A DNA stretch of 64,000 bases from an uncultured Clostridia bacterium (GCA_934130355.1 CAKOXV010000005.1:18690-82689), one strand, 5' to 3'. Shown: positions 29,547 through 39,887, counted from the first letter of the stretch. Notes: a model not told the origin generated them from the letters alone. A program made the numbers and translations.

Positions 29547-31583
29547 ATGAAAATGAAAAAATGTGATATTATTATACCTATTTACAACTCACCAGAATGG
29601 GTAAAAATGTGTGTATATGCACTATTCAAAAACACACCAGAAGAATATATTGGAAAAGTAATTTTAATGAATGATAATTCTAATGAATTAACATGTAATT
29701 GTATAGAAAACTTAAAAAGAAAATATCCTGAAAAAATAGAAGTATACAAAAATGAAACAAATTTAGGTTTTATAAAAAATGTTAACAGAGGATTAGAAAA
29801 AACAACAGCAGAATATGTTTTACTTTTAAATACAGATTGCTTAGTATCAACAAACACTATACCAAAATTAATGGGACATGTTGAAAGAAATCCTAAAATA
29901 GGGTTAATATGTCCAATATCAAGTAATGCAGCAAACATATCATTAGACATATTTGAAAACTATAGTTATATGCAAATGAATGACTTGTTATATGCAAATT
30001 TTAAAGACCAAAACTTTGATGCATGTACAGTTGTAGGAAATTGCTTATTAATAACAAGAGAATGTATAGAAAAAGTTGGTGGACTAGATGAAGCTTATGG
30101 AATGGGATATGGAGATGAAACAGACTACCAATTCAAAGCACATGAAAAAGGATTTGAAGCAAAAGTTGCAATAGACACTTATGTATTCCATAAATCAGAA
30201 GTTTCATTTGGAACAAGTAAAGACAAACAAGCTAAAGTAGAAAAAAATAGAAAAATCTTTTTTGAAAGATGGGGAAAACAATACAATGAAAAAATGGCTG
30301 AATATGTAAAAAATGACCCTATAAAATATATAAAAGAAAATCTAAAAATAGATAAAAAGCCTGAACCTGAAGTATTATTTTTCTTACCAGACATACACCA
30401 AAATGCTGGTGGAGTACACATTGTAGTAGATATAGTAAATTACTTAAATATAAATGGAGTATTTGCAAATATTTTAACAGAAAGAATGCATAGTTATGAT
30501 GAAATAATGTTATTTGCACCATCATTTATGAAAAACATATCAAGTATAAAACCAAAAGCTATAGTAGGAACAGTATATCCAAGTATGTTTTTCTGTAACA
30601 CAATAGGTAAACATTATGACATACCAGTAGTAAACTTTATGCAAGGATATGAACCATGTTTTGAAAATGGAAGACCTTTTGGATGGGCAGAATTAGCATG
30701 TAAGAGTAGCCAAAATATATTAGCTATATCAGAATTCTTAAAAGATAAATGCAAAAACAATTTTGGAAAAGAAGCAACAGTAATATCAAATGGAATAAAT
30801 GCAGACTTATTATATAATAATAATGTACAAACAAACAAAGTAAAAAGAATAACAATGATTTTTAGAGATAATTATGCAAAAGGAGACTTTATTCTTACTG
30901 AGATATTAAAACAATTAACATTAAAAGATTATGAACTAGAAATAAACATTGTTCACATGGCAGATATAATATTCCCAATAAACAATAATTCAAAAGTAAA
31001 AATAAATGCTATAAAAGGACCTGTTACAAGAAGACAAATTTCAACATTATTAAATGGTTCAGATATATATGTAGATGCATCATTAATGGAAGGGTTTGGA
31101 TTAACAGCATTAGAATCAATGGCAGCAGGAGTTGTACCAATAGTTTCTGAATCATTTGGAATAGGAGAATATGCAAAAGATGAAGAAAACTGTTTTGTTA
31201 TCAGAGAAGTCAACAATGCAGACAAATATATGGAAAAAATAGAAAAACTATTGTCAGATGATGAAATGCTAAAAAATATGAAAACAGAAGCACAAAAAAC
31301 AGCCTTAGAATTTGATTTTGACAACAAAGTGGACAAATATATAGAATACTTTAAAAATGTAAAAAAAGAAGAAATAAAACTAACTGAACAAGAAGAAGAA
31401 AAAATAAAAGAATGGGTTATAAGTGATGACAAGATTTTTAAAAGAAAACAACCAGAAACAACAATAGATCAAAATCCTTATGTAAGTCCAAAAAGAAAAT
31501 TATATATAAAATTTTTAGGTTTATTCCCAAGAGGACTAAAAACGAAAGTAAAAAATTTCTTAAGAAAACTAATAAACGAATAA
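29547..31583 (+). CDS. Bifunctional glycosyltransferase: N-terminal GT2 (GT-A) plus C-terminal GT4 (GT-B) domain.
   Basis: N-terminus 'CDIIIPIYNSPEWV...MNDNS'. C-terminus 'EGFGLTALESMAAGVVPIVSESFGIGEY...ENCFVI' (the E-x7-E GT4 motif). Confidence 0.8.
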   Translation: MKMKKCDIIIPIYNSPEWVKMCVYALFKNTPEEYIGKVILMNDNSNELTCNCIENLKRKYPEKIEVYKNETNLGFIKNVNRGLEKTTAEYVLLLNTDCLVSTNTIPKLMGHVERNPKIGLICPISSNAANISLDIFENYSYMQMNDLLYANFKDQNFDACTVVGNCLLITRECIEKVGGLDEAYGMGYGDETDYQFKAHEKGFEAKVAIDTYVFHKSEVSFGTSKDKQAKVEKNRKIFFERWGKQYNEKMAEYVKNDPIKYIKENLKIDKKPEPEVLFFLPDIHQNAGGVHIVVDIVNYLNINGVFANILTERMHSYDEIMLFAPSFMKNISSIKPKAIVGTVYPSMFFCNTIGKHYDIPVVNFMQGYEPCFENGRPFGWAELACKSSQNILAISEFLKDKCKNNFGKEATVISNGINADLLYNNNVQTNKVKRITMIFRDNYAKGDFILTEILKQLTLKDYELEINIVHMADIIFPINNNSKVKINAIKGPVTRRQISTLLNGSDIYVDASLMEGFGLTALESMAAGVVPIVSESFGIGEYAKDEENCFVIREVNNADKYMEKIEKLLSDDEMLKNMKTEAQKTALEFDFDNKVDKYIEYFKNVKKEEIKLTEQEEEKIKEWVISDDKIFKRKQPETTIDQNPYVSPKRKLYIKFLGLFPRGLKTKVKNFLRKLINE

Positions 31584-31595
31584 AGGAGAAATAAA

Positions 31596-33164
31596 ATGAA
31601 AAATAAGAAAATTTATATTCCAATAATAATAATTGCAATAGCTATAATATTTTTCTCTTATGCACCTGTAATAACATTTGACACATCACATTATTTGTGG
31701 TTAGTAAACATGTTATCACCAAATGCAGCTTTTGCAGATTGGGATATAGCAAGAGGACTAGTATTTCCATTAATGATATATGCTTCAACAATTATATTTG
31801 GAGCAGGCTCAGATGGTATTTTAGTAACAATGTTTATAATGTATATGACAATGATAAGTTTTGTATACCTGACATTTAAAAAAGCAATCAAAGACTTCAA
31901 AGTATTTGAAAATGTAAGAAACAGAATTATATTAGGAGTACTTGTAAGCATACTAATTATATTTAATCCAATTGTATTTGGCTATTATCACGTATTATTA
32001 ACAGAATTTGTAGGAATGACATTAGCAGTTGTAATGACATATTTATCATGGGATTGGATAGACTTTGATTTTAAAGATAACAAGAAAAAATATATAATAT
32101 ATACTTTAGTTTTTTCAATATTAACAGCATTTGCATGGAGTTTAAAACAACCTTATGTAAGTTGTGTAATGTTTCCAATATTAGTAGCATCATTAATTGC
32201 AATAATTAGAAAATTCAATGTAAAACAAGTAATACAGAGAATTGTCACAATTATAGTATGTATTATAATGTTAATAATTAGTATAGTAATATGGAATAAA
32301 ATCTTAGAATTTGGACATGTTTCAATGCAAGAAGACAGAACATCAGAAAGCTTTTTAAGTAATGGAATAATAGATGGAATAACACAACTTGAAGAAACAG
32401 GAATTAATAATATAAAAGAAATAGAAATCAGTGAAAAAGATCAAAAAGAAATTGAAAATATAGCAAATGGAACATCAAAATACAAAAACTATAAATTATT
32501 CAAAAATAAAAATGAAAATTCAAAAGGAATGGTATTATTCTCAAAAGAAGAAAACCCATCAACAGGTGAATCAATAAAATTCTGGTTTAAAACTTTAGGA
32601 ACAACACCATCAACAATAATAAGAAGTTATATAAATAACTATTTATGTACAATTAATATATTTAAAATCACATTTACAGGACCAGCATCAGAAGTAACAA
32701 CAGAATTAAACTTATTTGGAGCTGCTGAAAATGAAGCAATTAGTTATAAAATATATAGAGACTTAGACTCAAATGTATTTCCAACATTAGAAGGATATGA
32801 GCCTTTTGTAGAACCATATAAATCAAAACAAGAACCAATAAAAATAGTAAATGTAACAATGAAAGCATTAGGCAGATTTAGCACAATGTGTGCAAAAGTA
32901 GGTTTCTTAATATTACCAATAGTACTAATATGGGTAATAGTAGTTACTATAAAAAATAGAAAAGAAACTAACAAACACAAACTTTATGATTTATTAATAG
33001 TATTATTAGGATTTAGTTATTTACATGTTCTTATGCACATAGTATTGGGAGCTTGCATAGACAGATACACAGTACCTGCAATAGTTCCAATGTATACTTC
33101 ATATATAATTATCGGATATATGATATTTGAAAACAGGAAGAATAAGACTAAACTACCAAAATAA
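31596..33164 (+). CDS. Polytopic membrane protein, a putative GT-C-type glycosyltransferase or polymer-modifying enzyme.
   Basis: Eight or more TM helices at the N-terminus with an early extracytoplasmic 'FDTSHY' acidic loop, a soluble domain, and three C-terminal TMs. Sits within the glycan locus. Confidence 0.45.
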   Translation: MKNKKIYIPIIIIAIAIIFFSYAPVITFDTSHYLWLVNMLSPNAAFADWDIARGLVFPLMIYASTIIFGAGSDGILVTMFIMYMTMISFVYLTFKKAIKDFKVFENVRNRIILGVLVSILIIFNPIVFGYYHVLLTEFVGMTLAVVMTYLSWDWIDFDFKDNKKKYIIYTLVFSILTAFAWSLKQPYVSCVMFPILVASLIAIIRKFNVKQVIQRIVTIIVCIIMLIISIVIWNKILEFGHVSMQEDRTSESFLSNGIIDGITQLEETGINNIKEIEISEKDQKEIENIANGTSKYKNYKLFKNKNENSKGMVLFSKEENPSTGESIKFWFKTLGTTPSTIIRSYINNYLCTINIFKITFTGPASEVTTELNLFGAAENEAISYKIYRDLDSNVFPTLEGYEPFVEPYKSKQEPIKIVNVTMKALGRFSTMCAKVGFLILPIVLIWVIVVTIKNRKETNKHKLYDLLIVLLGFSYLHVLMHIVLGACIDRYTVPAIVPMYTSYIIIGYMIFENRKNKTKLPK

Positions 33165-33168
33165 GGAT

Positions 33169-33198
33169 TTGAAAGTAGCAACCTCCGTGTGTTATAAT
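33169..33198 (+). promoter_or_regulatory. Sigma-A promoter with an extended -10 (TTGAAA-18-TGtTATAAT) for the GH25 gene. The spacer carries an arm that is complementary to the RBS region downstream.
   Basis: Hexamers as listed. Inverted repeat CAACCTCCGTGTG / CACAGGAGGTTG. Confidence 0.55.
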
Positions 33199-33235
33199 AT
33201 TCTTAAGGGATATATAGACACAGGAGGTTGTTATT

Positions 33236-35344
33236 ATGTTTTATGCAAAGATAACAAAAATAATGCTTTTTCTATTTATAATATTTGGAGTAATAATACT
33301 TTTTGATAATCCAGTTACAGCCCAAAGTAATTACACAGCCAGAACGTGGATTGATAGCCCCAAAAGTGAAGATATATCTTTTGAAAAAATGGTTGTATCT
33401 GGTTGGAAACTAAGTAATGACAAAGATTCTAAACTAAAAATATTAATAGATGACAAAGAACAGAAGATAGAAAACTTAACAACTAGAAGTAGAGCAGATG
33501 TAATAAGTACTATACCGGGATATGGCGGAATAGAACTAAACCCAGAACCAGGATATTCAGCAACAATAGATATCTCAGGAATTAAAAGAGGATATCACAC
33601 ATTAAAAACACAAATAATATCTGCTGAAGGAAAAATATTAACAGAACAAAGTAGAAAAATATACATAGAATCATATAAAGCCAGAACATATATAGACAGT
33701 CCCAAACAAAATGCAAATATAGAAGGAACAAAATTAGTTGTACAAGGATGGATAATGTCTGATGATTTATCTAGAGATGTAAAAATATTTTTAGACGACA
33801 AAGAACAGCAAATTACACAAACAACTACAAGAACTAGACCAGATGTAATAAGTGCTGTACCAGGATATGGTGGAATTAATAAAAATCCGGAACCAGGATA
33901 TTCATCAACAATAGATGTATCAAAAATAAAAAGTGGAAAATATAAATTAAAAGTACAAGTCATATCAAGAAATGGTGAAATATTGACTGAACAAACAAGA
34001 GATATATTTATTGAAAATTATAGAGCAAGAACTTATATAGATTCTCCAAAACAAGAAGCGGTTATAGAAGGGGCAAGTTTGGCTGTACAAGGATGGTATA
34101 TGAGTAGTGAAAAAACTAAAAATTTAAGAATATTAATAGATGGTCAAGAACATGAAATTATTCAAACTACAACAAGACCAAGACCTGATGTAATATCAGC
34201 AGTACCAGGTTATGGAGGTATCGAAACAAATCCAGAACCAGGATATTCAGCAACAATAGATATCTTAAAAATCAAAGATGGAAAACACAATTTAAAAGTA
34301 CAAATTTTATCAAGTGATAATGAAGTAATGGCAGAAGATGAAAGACAAATAATAGTCCAAAAATATAAAGCAAAAACATATATAGATTATCCCAAAGGAA
34401 ATAGTCAAACAAAAGATACTTTAACAGTATCAGGATGGGTAATGTCAACAGATGCAAATAGAAAAATAAATATTTACTTAAATGGAGAAAAACAAATAAT
34501 AAATAATATTACGACAAGGCCAAGACCTGATGTAATATCAGCTGTTCCAAGTTATGGAGGAATTGATACAAATGCTCAACCAGGATATTCAACAACAATT
34601 GATGTTTCCAACAAAGAGGATGGGAAATATACATTGAAAGTTCAAATCGTTTCAAGCACAGGAGAAGTTTTAACTGAAGATACAAGACAAATCTATATAC
34701 ATATAAATTATGAATTTGGCATAGATGTCTCAACACACAATGGAACAATAGATTGGGGAAAAGTAAAGCAAAGTGGAGTAAAATTTGCAATAATAAGAGC
34801 AGGATTTAGAGGCTATGGAAAAGCTGGAACATTAGTACAAGATGCAAAATTTGTGGAAAATATGAAAGGTGCTATATCTAATGGAATTGATGTTGGAATA
34901 TATTTTTATTCACAAGCAATAAATACTCAAGAAGCTATTGAAGAAGTTGAAATGATATTAAAATTGATAAGAGAAAATGGATTTTCAAAGAGTATTGCAT
35001 TACCAATAATAATAGATACAGAAGAATCATCAGGAAGAGCTGACCAAATATCAATAGATCAGAGAACAAAGGCTGTAAAGGCATTTTGTGACAGGGTAGA
35101 ACAAGCAGGTTATAAATCAATGATATATTCTAATAAATATTGGCTTTCTGCTAAGCTAAATATGAATGAATTGTCTCAATATGATTTTTGGCTAGCACAT
35201 TATACTGGCACAAATGACCCAATAAATAATCCGTCTGATTACAAGGGGAGTTATCAAATTTGGCAATATAGTTCAACAGGTAGAGTTGATGGAATTAATG
35301 GAAATGTGGACTTAAATATTAAATATAAGAAGTATTCTTTCTAA
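33236..35344 (+). CDS. Secreted GH25 muramidase (lysozyme) with five N-terminal GW-containing repeats of about 110 aa each.
   Basis: Signal peptide. Five copies of 'ARTYIDSPK...V.GW.MS...RPDVISAVPGYGG...NPEPGYS.TID'. C-terminal 'FGIDVSTHNGTIDWGKVK...GIDVGIYFYS' GH25 motifs. Confidence 0.8.
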   Translation: MFYAKITKIMLFLFIIFGVIILFDNPVTAQSNYTARTWIDSPKSEDISFEKMVVSGWKLSNDKDSKLKILIDDKEQKIENLTTRSRADVISTIPGYGGIELNPEPGYSATIDISGIKRGYHTLKTQIISAEGKILTEQSRKIYIESYKARTYIDSPKQNANIEGTKLVVQGWIMSDDLSRDVKIFLDDKEQQITQTTTRTRPDVISAVPGYGGINKNPEPGYSSTIDVSKIKSGKYKLKVQVISRNGEILTEQTRDIFIENYRARTYIDSPKQEAVIEGASLAVQGWYMSSEKTKNLRILIDGQEHEIIQTTTRPRPDVISAVPGYGGIETNPEPGYSATIDILKIKDGKHNLKVQILSSDNEVMAEDERQIIVQKYKAKTYIDYPKGNSQTKDTLTVSGWVMSTDANRKINIYLNGEKQIINNITTRPRPDVISAVPSYGGIDTNAQPGYSTTIDVSNKEDGKYTLKVQIVSSTGEVLTEDTRQIYIHINYEFGIDVSTHNGTIDWGKVKQSGVKFAIIRAGFRGYGKAGTLVQDAKFVENMKGAISNGIDVGIYFYSQAINTQEAIEEVEMILKLIRENGFSKSIALPIIIDTEESSGRADQISIDQRTKAVKAFCDRVEQAGYKSMIYSNKYWLSAKLNMNELSQYDFWLAHYTGTNDPINNPSDYKGSYQIWQYSSTGRVDGINGNVDLNIKYKKYSF

Positions 35345-35346
35345 AC

Positions 35347-35376
35347 TAAAAGGCTCATTTTATTTGAGCCTTTTTA
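35347..35376 (+). terminator. Rho-independent terminator after the GH25 gene.
   Basis: Stem AAAGGCTCA...TGAGCCTTT followed by TTT. Confidence 0.7.
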
Positions 35377-35400
35377 CTATTAAAATTAATTCATATATTT

Positions 35401-35476
35401 TGCTGTATATATATTAAAAATAATGGAAAGTTTAGCTTGTCCAAAATTTGGAATGTTTTTTAATATATATACAGCA
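35401..35476. repeat. Perfect 20-bp-stem hairpin (TGCTGTATATATATTAAAAA / TTTTTAATATATATACAGCA) enclosing a 36-nt loop with the conserved motif 'GAAAGTTTAGCTTGTCCAAAATTTGGAATG'. Probably a deletion derivative of the element family at 59753-60088.
   Basis: The motif plus 'TTTTTAATATATATAC' is identical to 60010-60055. The left arm interior 'TATATATTAAA(AA)TAATGGA' matches 59786-59808. Confidence 0.75.
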
Positions 35477-35546
35477 AATATATTGAATTTATTTAACTTT
35501 AATGATAAAATTCAAAAAGAATAAATATAAAATAGGAGGAATAGAC

Positions 35547-36242
35547 GTGAAAACGCTAATAGTAGTACCTGCATACAACGAAGCATTAAACATAGAAAAA
35601 ACAATAGCAGACCTAAAACAAAACGCTAATGAATATGAATATATAATAATAAATGACTGTTCAAAAGACAATACAAAAGAAATATGTGAAAAAAATGAAT
35701 TTAATGTAATATCATTGCCAGTAAACTATGGACTAACAAGTGCTATACAAATAGGCATGAAATATGCTTATGCAAATGATTATGATATAGTAATACAATT
35801 TGATGGAGATGGACAACATCAAGCACAATATTTAAAAGAATTAGTAAAAGCAATAGAAGAAGATGGAAATGATATTTCAATTGGTTCAAGATTTGTAGAA
35901 AAGAAAAAGCCATTTACAATGAGGATGTTTGGAAGTAATATAATACAATCAACAATAAAATTAGTAACAGGGAAAAAGATTACAGACCCAACTTCTGGGA
36001 TGAGAGCATACAACAAAAAAGCAATAAAAGAATTTGTGACAAATTCAAGCTTAACTCCAGAACCAGATACACTTGTATATATGCTAAAAAAAGGAATGAA
36101 AATACAAGAAGTACAAGTTGAAATGAAAGAAAGAGAATTTGGAGAAAGCTATTTAAATGCAGTAAAATCAATGGAATACATGTTAAGTATGATGTTTTCA
36201 ATCATATTTATCAGAGTATTTACTAAAAAAGGAGGCAAATAA
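35547..36242 (+). CDS. Family 2 glycosyltransferase (soluble, DPM1-like; GTG start).
   Basis: 'LIVVPAYNEALNIEKTIADL...IINDCSKDNT...DGDGQH' motifs. RBS AGGAGG before the GTG at 35547. Confidence 0.8.
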   Translation: MKTLIVVPAYNEALNIEKTIADLKQNANEYEYIIINDCSKDNTKEICEKNEFNVISLPVNYGLTSAIQIGMKYAYANDYDIVIQFDGDGQHQAQYLKELVKAIEEDGNDISIGSRFVEKKKPFTMRMFGSNIIQSTIKLVTGKKITDPTSGMRAYNKKAIKEFVTNSSLTPEPDTLVYMLKKGMKIQEVQVEMKEREFGESYLNAVKSMEYMLSMMFSIIFIRVFTKKGGK

Positions 36243-36243
36243 A

Positions 36244-36576
36244 ATGTCACTTATACTAAGAATTATACTAATTGTATGTTCATTAATATCATTTATATTA
36301 TGTATAAAAAAAGTAAAGCAATCTAAATTAAGAGTAGCAGATTCAATAATATGGCTTACAGGAAGCTTTTGCTTAATATTAATGAGTATATTTTCAAATG
36401 CAGTACAATGGATAGCAACAAAATTAGGATTTATAGCGCCTGTAAACTTCGTATTTTTAGTAGTAATAGGATTCCTACTAATAGAAAATTTTATGAACAA
36501 TTTAAAAATATCAATGTTAAATGAAAAGGTAAAAAATTTAAATCATTATATAGCACTAAAAGAATATGAAAAATAA
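36244..36576 (+). CDS. DUF2304-like small membrane protein (partner of the preceding GT2).
   Basis: 110 aa, three TM helices. Conserved pairing with DPM1-like GT2 genes. Confidence 0.6.
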   Translation: MSLILRIILIVCSLISFILCIKKVKQSKLRVADSIIWLTGSFCLILMSIFSNAVQWIATKLGFIAPVNFVFLVVIGFLLIENFMNNLKISMLNEKVKNLNHYIALKEYEK

Positions 36577-36590
36577 AAGGAGTACTGATT

Positions 36591-37634
36591 GTGGAAAAAA
36601 TAAAAGTAACTATAGTTGTACCAGTATATAAAGTAGAGAAATACTTAAGAAGAAGTATGGATTCATTAGTGAATCAAACATTAGATGGAGTTGAAATTAT
36701 ATGTATAAATGATGGTTCACCAGATAATTCTTTAAATATATTAAAAGAGTACAAGGAAAAATATCCGGACAAGCATATTGTGATAATTGATAAACAAAAT
36801 GAAGGAACTTGGAAAGGACGTTTAGATGGAATTGCAAAAGCAACAGGAGAATATATAGGTTTTGTAGATTCAGATGATTATGTTGCTTTAGATTATGCTG
36901 AAAAATTATATAATGCAGCAAAAAGTTCAAATGCAGATATAACAGTATGTGGATTTAAAAGAGTTAATTCAGAAACAGGAAATGCATATTCTACTGAAAT
37001 GAATCAATTTGCGGGTAAAATAATTGACATGGACAAAAATCCAGAAGATATATTATCAATAAATACAGCATTATGGAATAAGCTATGTAAAACAGAATTA
37101 GTAAAAAACATAAGGATATTACCTAAAAATCCTAAAATTTTCGAAGATATGATATGTATATTATTAATATACATGAATACTAAAAAAATTACATTTATAG
37201 AAGATAGCTTATATTATTATATGGTAAGGCCTGATTCAACAATGGGAACAATAAAAAAAGAATATGTAGAAAGTACACAAAATGCCTTATTAGAAGTTAA
37301 GAAAATTTATGCTAAAGAAAATGCCACAAAAGAACTTTTATCAGTAATAGATGCAATGGCATTTATACATTTAGGAGTTTCACTAATGATTAAAGTTTCT
37401 GAAGACAAAACAAGTAATTTTAAAGAGGAATTAAAAAAGAGTGAAAAATATTTAAATGAAAATTTTCCAACATGGAAAACAACTCAATATCTAAATTTAT
37501 TTTATTGCTTAAAACATAAATGCAATGTTAAACCAGCAATAATAAGAATAATTTATAAACTAAGATTATTTAGGCCATTTATAAATGTTTACAACTTCAT
37601 GATAAATAAACTAAAAGTAGATATAAAATGGTAG
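36591..37634 (+). CDS. Family 2 glycosyltransferase (GTG start).
   Basis: 'VTIVVPVYKVEKYLRRSMDSLVNQTLDGVEIICINDGSPDNS'. Confidence 0.8.
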   Translation: MEKIKVTIVVPVYKVEKYLRRSMDSLVNQTLDGVEIICINDGSPDNSLNILKEYKEKYPDKHIVIIDKQNEGTWKGRLDGIAKATGEYIGFVDSDDYVALDYAEKLYNAAKSSNADITVCGFKRVNSETGNAYSTEMNQFAGKIIDMDKNPEDILSINTALWNKLCKTELVKNIRILPKNPKIFEDMICILLIYMNTKKITFIEDSLYYYMVRPDSTMGTIKKEYVESTQNALLEVKKIYAKENATKELLSVIDAMAFIHLGVSLMIKVSEDKTSNFKEELKKSEKYLNENFPTWKTTQYLNLFYCLKHKCNVKPAIIRIIYKLRLFRPFINVYNFMINKLKVDIKW

Positions 37635-37647
37635 AAAGAGGTATCAA

Positions 37648-39876
37648 ATGAAAAAAACAACAAAAATATTATTTTTTATTTTAATATTAATATCTTTCAT
37701 AATGTTAATAAAAGTTCCTAGAAGTGTTGCAGCAACTGCAAAAACAAAGATATGGTTCGACTATCCAAAACAAGGAACAGAATATAAAAAAGAATTAAAT
37801 ATACATGGATGGGTTATGTCAGAATTAGCAGAAAAAACAGTAAAAATATATATTGATGATAAAGACATAACATCACAAATAAAATTATATAATAGACCAG
37901 ATGTAACCAAAACTGTAAAAGGATTTGGAACGGCAGAACAAAATCCACTTGCAGGATTTGATGGAACAATAGATATATCTGGATATAAAGACGGAAGTCA
38001 TAAAGTAACTGTAAAAGTATTAGAAAATGCAACACAAAATGTAATTCAAGAAAACACAAGCATAATACAAATTAAAAAATATCAAACAAAAATATTTTTT
38101 GATTATCCAAAACAATCTGAAACAGTATTTAAAACAATAAATGTGCATGGATGGGTAATGTCAGAAGCAGAAAATAAAACAGTTCAAATATTTTTAGATG
38201 ATACAGATATAACAAAACAAATAAAAAGATATGCAAGACCAGATGTAATAAAAGCAGTAAAAAATTATGGTACAGAAAAACAAAATCCACAATCAGGATT
38301 TGACGGAAATGTAGATATTTCTAAACTTACAGTTGGAAAACATGCTGTAAAAATGAAAGTAATAAATAATGATACATCAGAGACAATAGCAGAAGAAACA
38401 AGAAAAATTAATGTAAGAGATTATTATACAAAAATATGGTTTGATTATCCAAAACAAAACAATGAATATAAAGCTTCACTAAATGTACATGGATGGATAA
38501 TGTCAGAACAAGCAGACAAAATTGTAAAATTCTATATTGATAATAATGATGTAACAGAACAAATAAAAAGATATGCAAGACCAGATGTAACAGGAACTGT
38601 AAAAGGATTCGGAACAGCAGAACAAAATACACTTGCAGGATTTGACGGAACAATAGATATGTCAAAATATAAAGATGGTAAACATAGTGTAACAATAAAA
38701 GTATTAGAAAAAACAACAGAAAGAGAAATTTCTCAAAGCACTACTACATTTACAATACATAAATATGCAACAAAATTACATGTAGATTATCCACATCAAC
38801 AACAAAACAGTAAAAATGTTTTAAAAATACATGGATGGGTTATGTCAGAACAAGCAGATAAAAGTATGAAATTTTATTTGAATAATGAAGATATAACATC
38901 ACAAATAAAATTATATGATAGACCAGATGTAATAAAAGCAATTAAAAATTATGGAACAGCAGCACAAAATCCAACAGCAGGATATGATGGACAAATTGAT
39001 GTAGAAAAATTAACTGCTGGAAATTATACTTTAAAAATACAAGTAATATCAAATGTTACAAAAGAAGTATTAGAAACAGCACGAGTTCAAATAACATTAA
39101 ACAAAATACTTTTAGAAAAAGGTGTTTATGGAAAATCAGGTCTAGCAATAAAAGGTGATTATAGAGGAAGTGACCTTATATATTACAAAATAGGTGACGG
39201 AGAAAATGTATTATTTACAACATTTTCAGTACATGGATATGAAGATGAATGGGATCAAGATGGTGCAGAATTAACAAAAATAGCAGAACAATTTAAAAAT
39301 AAATTAATACAATTACAAGATAGAGAATTAGACAAAAAATGGACAATCTATATTTTCCCAATGGTTAATCCAGATGGACAAAAATATGGAACAACACATA
39401 ATGGACCAGGAAGAACAACATTATATAGTGCTGCACCAGGTCACAAGGGTGTAGATATGAACCGTTGTTGGAGTTCAAATTTTGAAGAAAAAACAAATAA
39501 TAGAAATTATACAGGACCAGAACCATTTTTAGCTTATGAAGCAAGATATTTAAGAGACTTTTTACTAAAAAATAAATCAAAAACAGGTCAAACAATACTT
39601 GTAGATTTACATGGATGGTATAATCAATCAATAGGTGATGAAGCTGTAGGAAAATATTATAGAGAACAATTAGGAATTACAAAACCACATAAAAGCACTT
39701 ATGGAACTGGATATTTAGTTGGATGGGCAAAAGATAATTTAGGAAACAAAAATTATTCTGCTAAATCAGAACTAATAGAATTAGTACCAGTAGAAAACCA
39801 AGAAGAAGTTGCTTCAAGAAGATATGGAGAAAAATACATAACAGCAACAATAAATATGTTAAAAGGAATTCTATAA
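37648..39876 (+). CDS. Secreted M14-family zinc carboxypeptidase-like cell-wall peptidase with four N-terminal repeats of the GW-containing type also found in the GH25 enzyme.
   Basis: Signal peptide. Four copies of 'KIWFDYPKQ...HGWVMSE...RPDV.K.VK.(F/Y)GT..QNP..G(F/Y)DG.ID'. C-terminus 'HGYEDEWD...PMVNPDG...GVDMNRCW' (M14 Zn-ligand and 'NRxW' motifs). Confidence 0.7.
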   Translation: MKKTTKILFFILILISFIMLIKVPRSVAATAKTKIWFDYPKQGTEYKKELNIHGWVMSELAEKTVKIYIDDKDITSQIKLYNRPDVTKTVKGFGTAEQNPLAGFDGTIDISGYKDGSHKVTVKVLENATQNVIQENTSIIQIKKYQTKIFFDYPKQSETVFKTINVHGWVMSEAENKTVQIFLDDTDITKQIKRYARPDVIKAVKNYGTEKQNPQSGFDGNVDISKLTVGKHAVKMKVINNDTSETIAEETRKINVRDYYTKIWFDYPKQNNEYKASLNVHGWIMSEQADKIVKFYIDNNDVTEQIKRYARPDVTGTVKGFGTAEQNTLAGFDGTIDMSKYKDGKHSVTIKVLEKTTEREISQSTTTFTIHKYATKLHVDYPHQQQNSKNVLKIHGWVMSEQADKSMKFYLNNEDITSQIKLYDRPDVIKAIKNYGTAAQNPTAGYDGQIDVEKLTAGNYTLKIQVISNVTKEVLETARVQITLNKILLEKGVYGKSGLAIKGDYRGSDLIYYKIGDGENVLFTTFSVHGYEDEWDQDGAELTKIAEQFKNKLIQLQDRELDKKWTIYIFPMVNPDGQKYGTTHNGPGRTTLYSAAPGHKGVDMNRCWSSNFEEKTNNRNYTGPEPFLAYEARYLRDFLLKNKSKTGQTILVDLHGWYNQSIGDEAVGKYYREQLGITKPHKSTYGTGYLVGWAKDNLGNKNYSAKSELIELVPVENQEEVASRRYGEKYITATINMLKGIL

Positions 39877-39887
39877 GGAGGAAAAGC

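Noticed and set aside
35421-35520. Possible 33-codon ORF (MESLACPKFGMFFNIYTANILNLFNFNDKIQKE) spanning the conserved 45-nt motif.
   Set aside because: The second copy of the motif (60010-60055) has a 1-nt difference that puts a stop codon immediately in that frame. What is conserved is therefore nucleotide sequence, not coding sequence.
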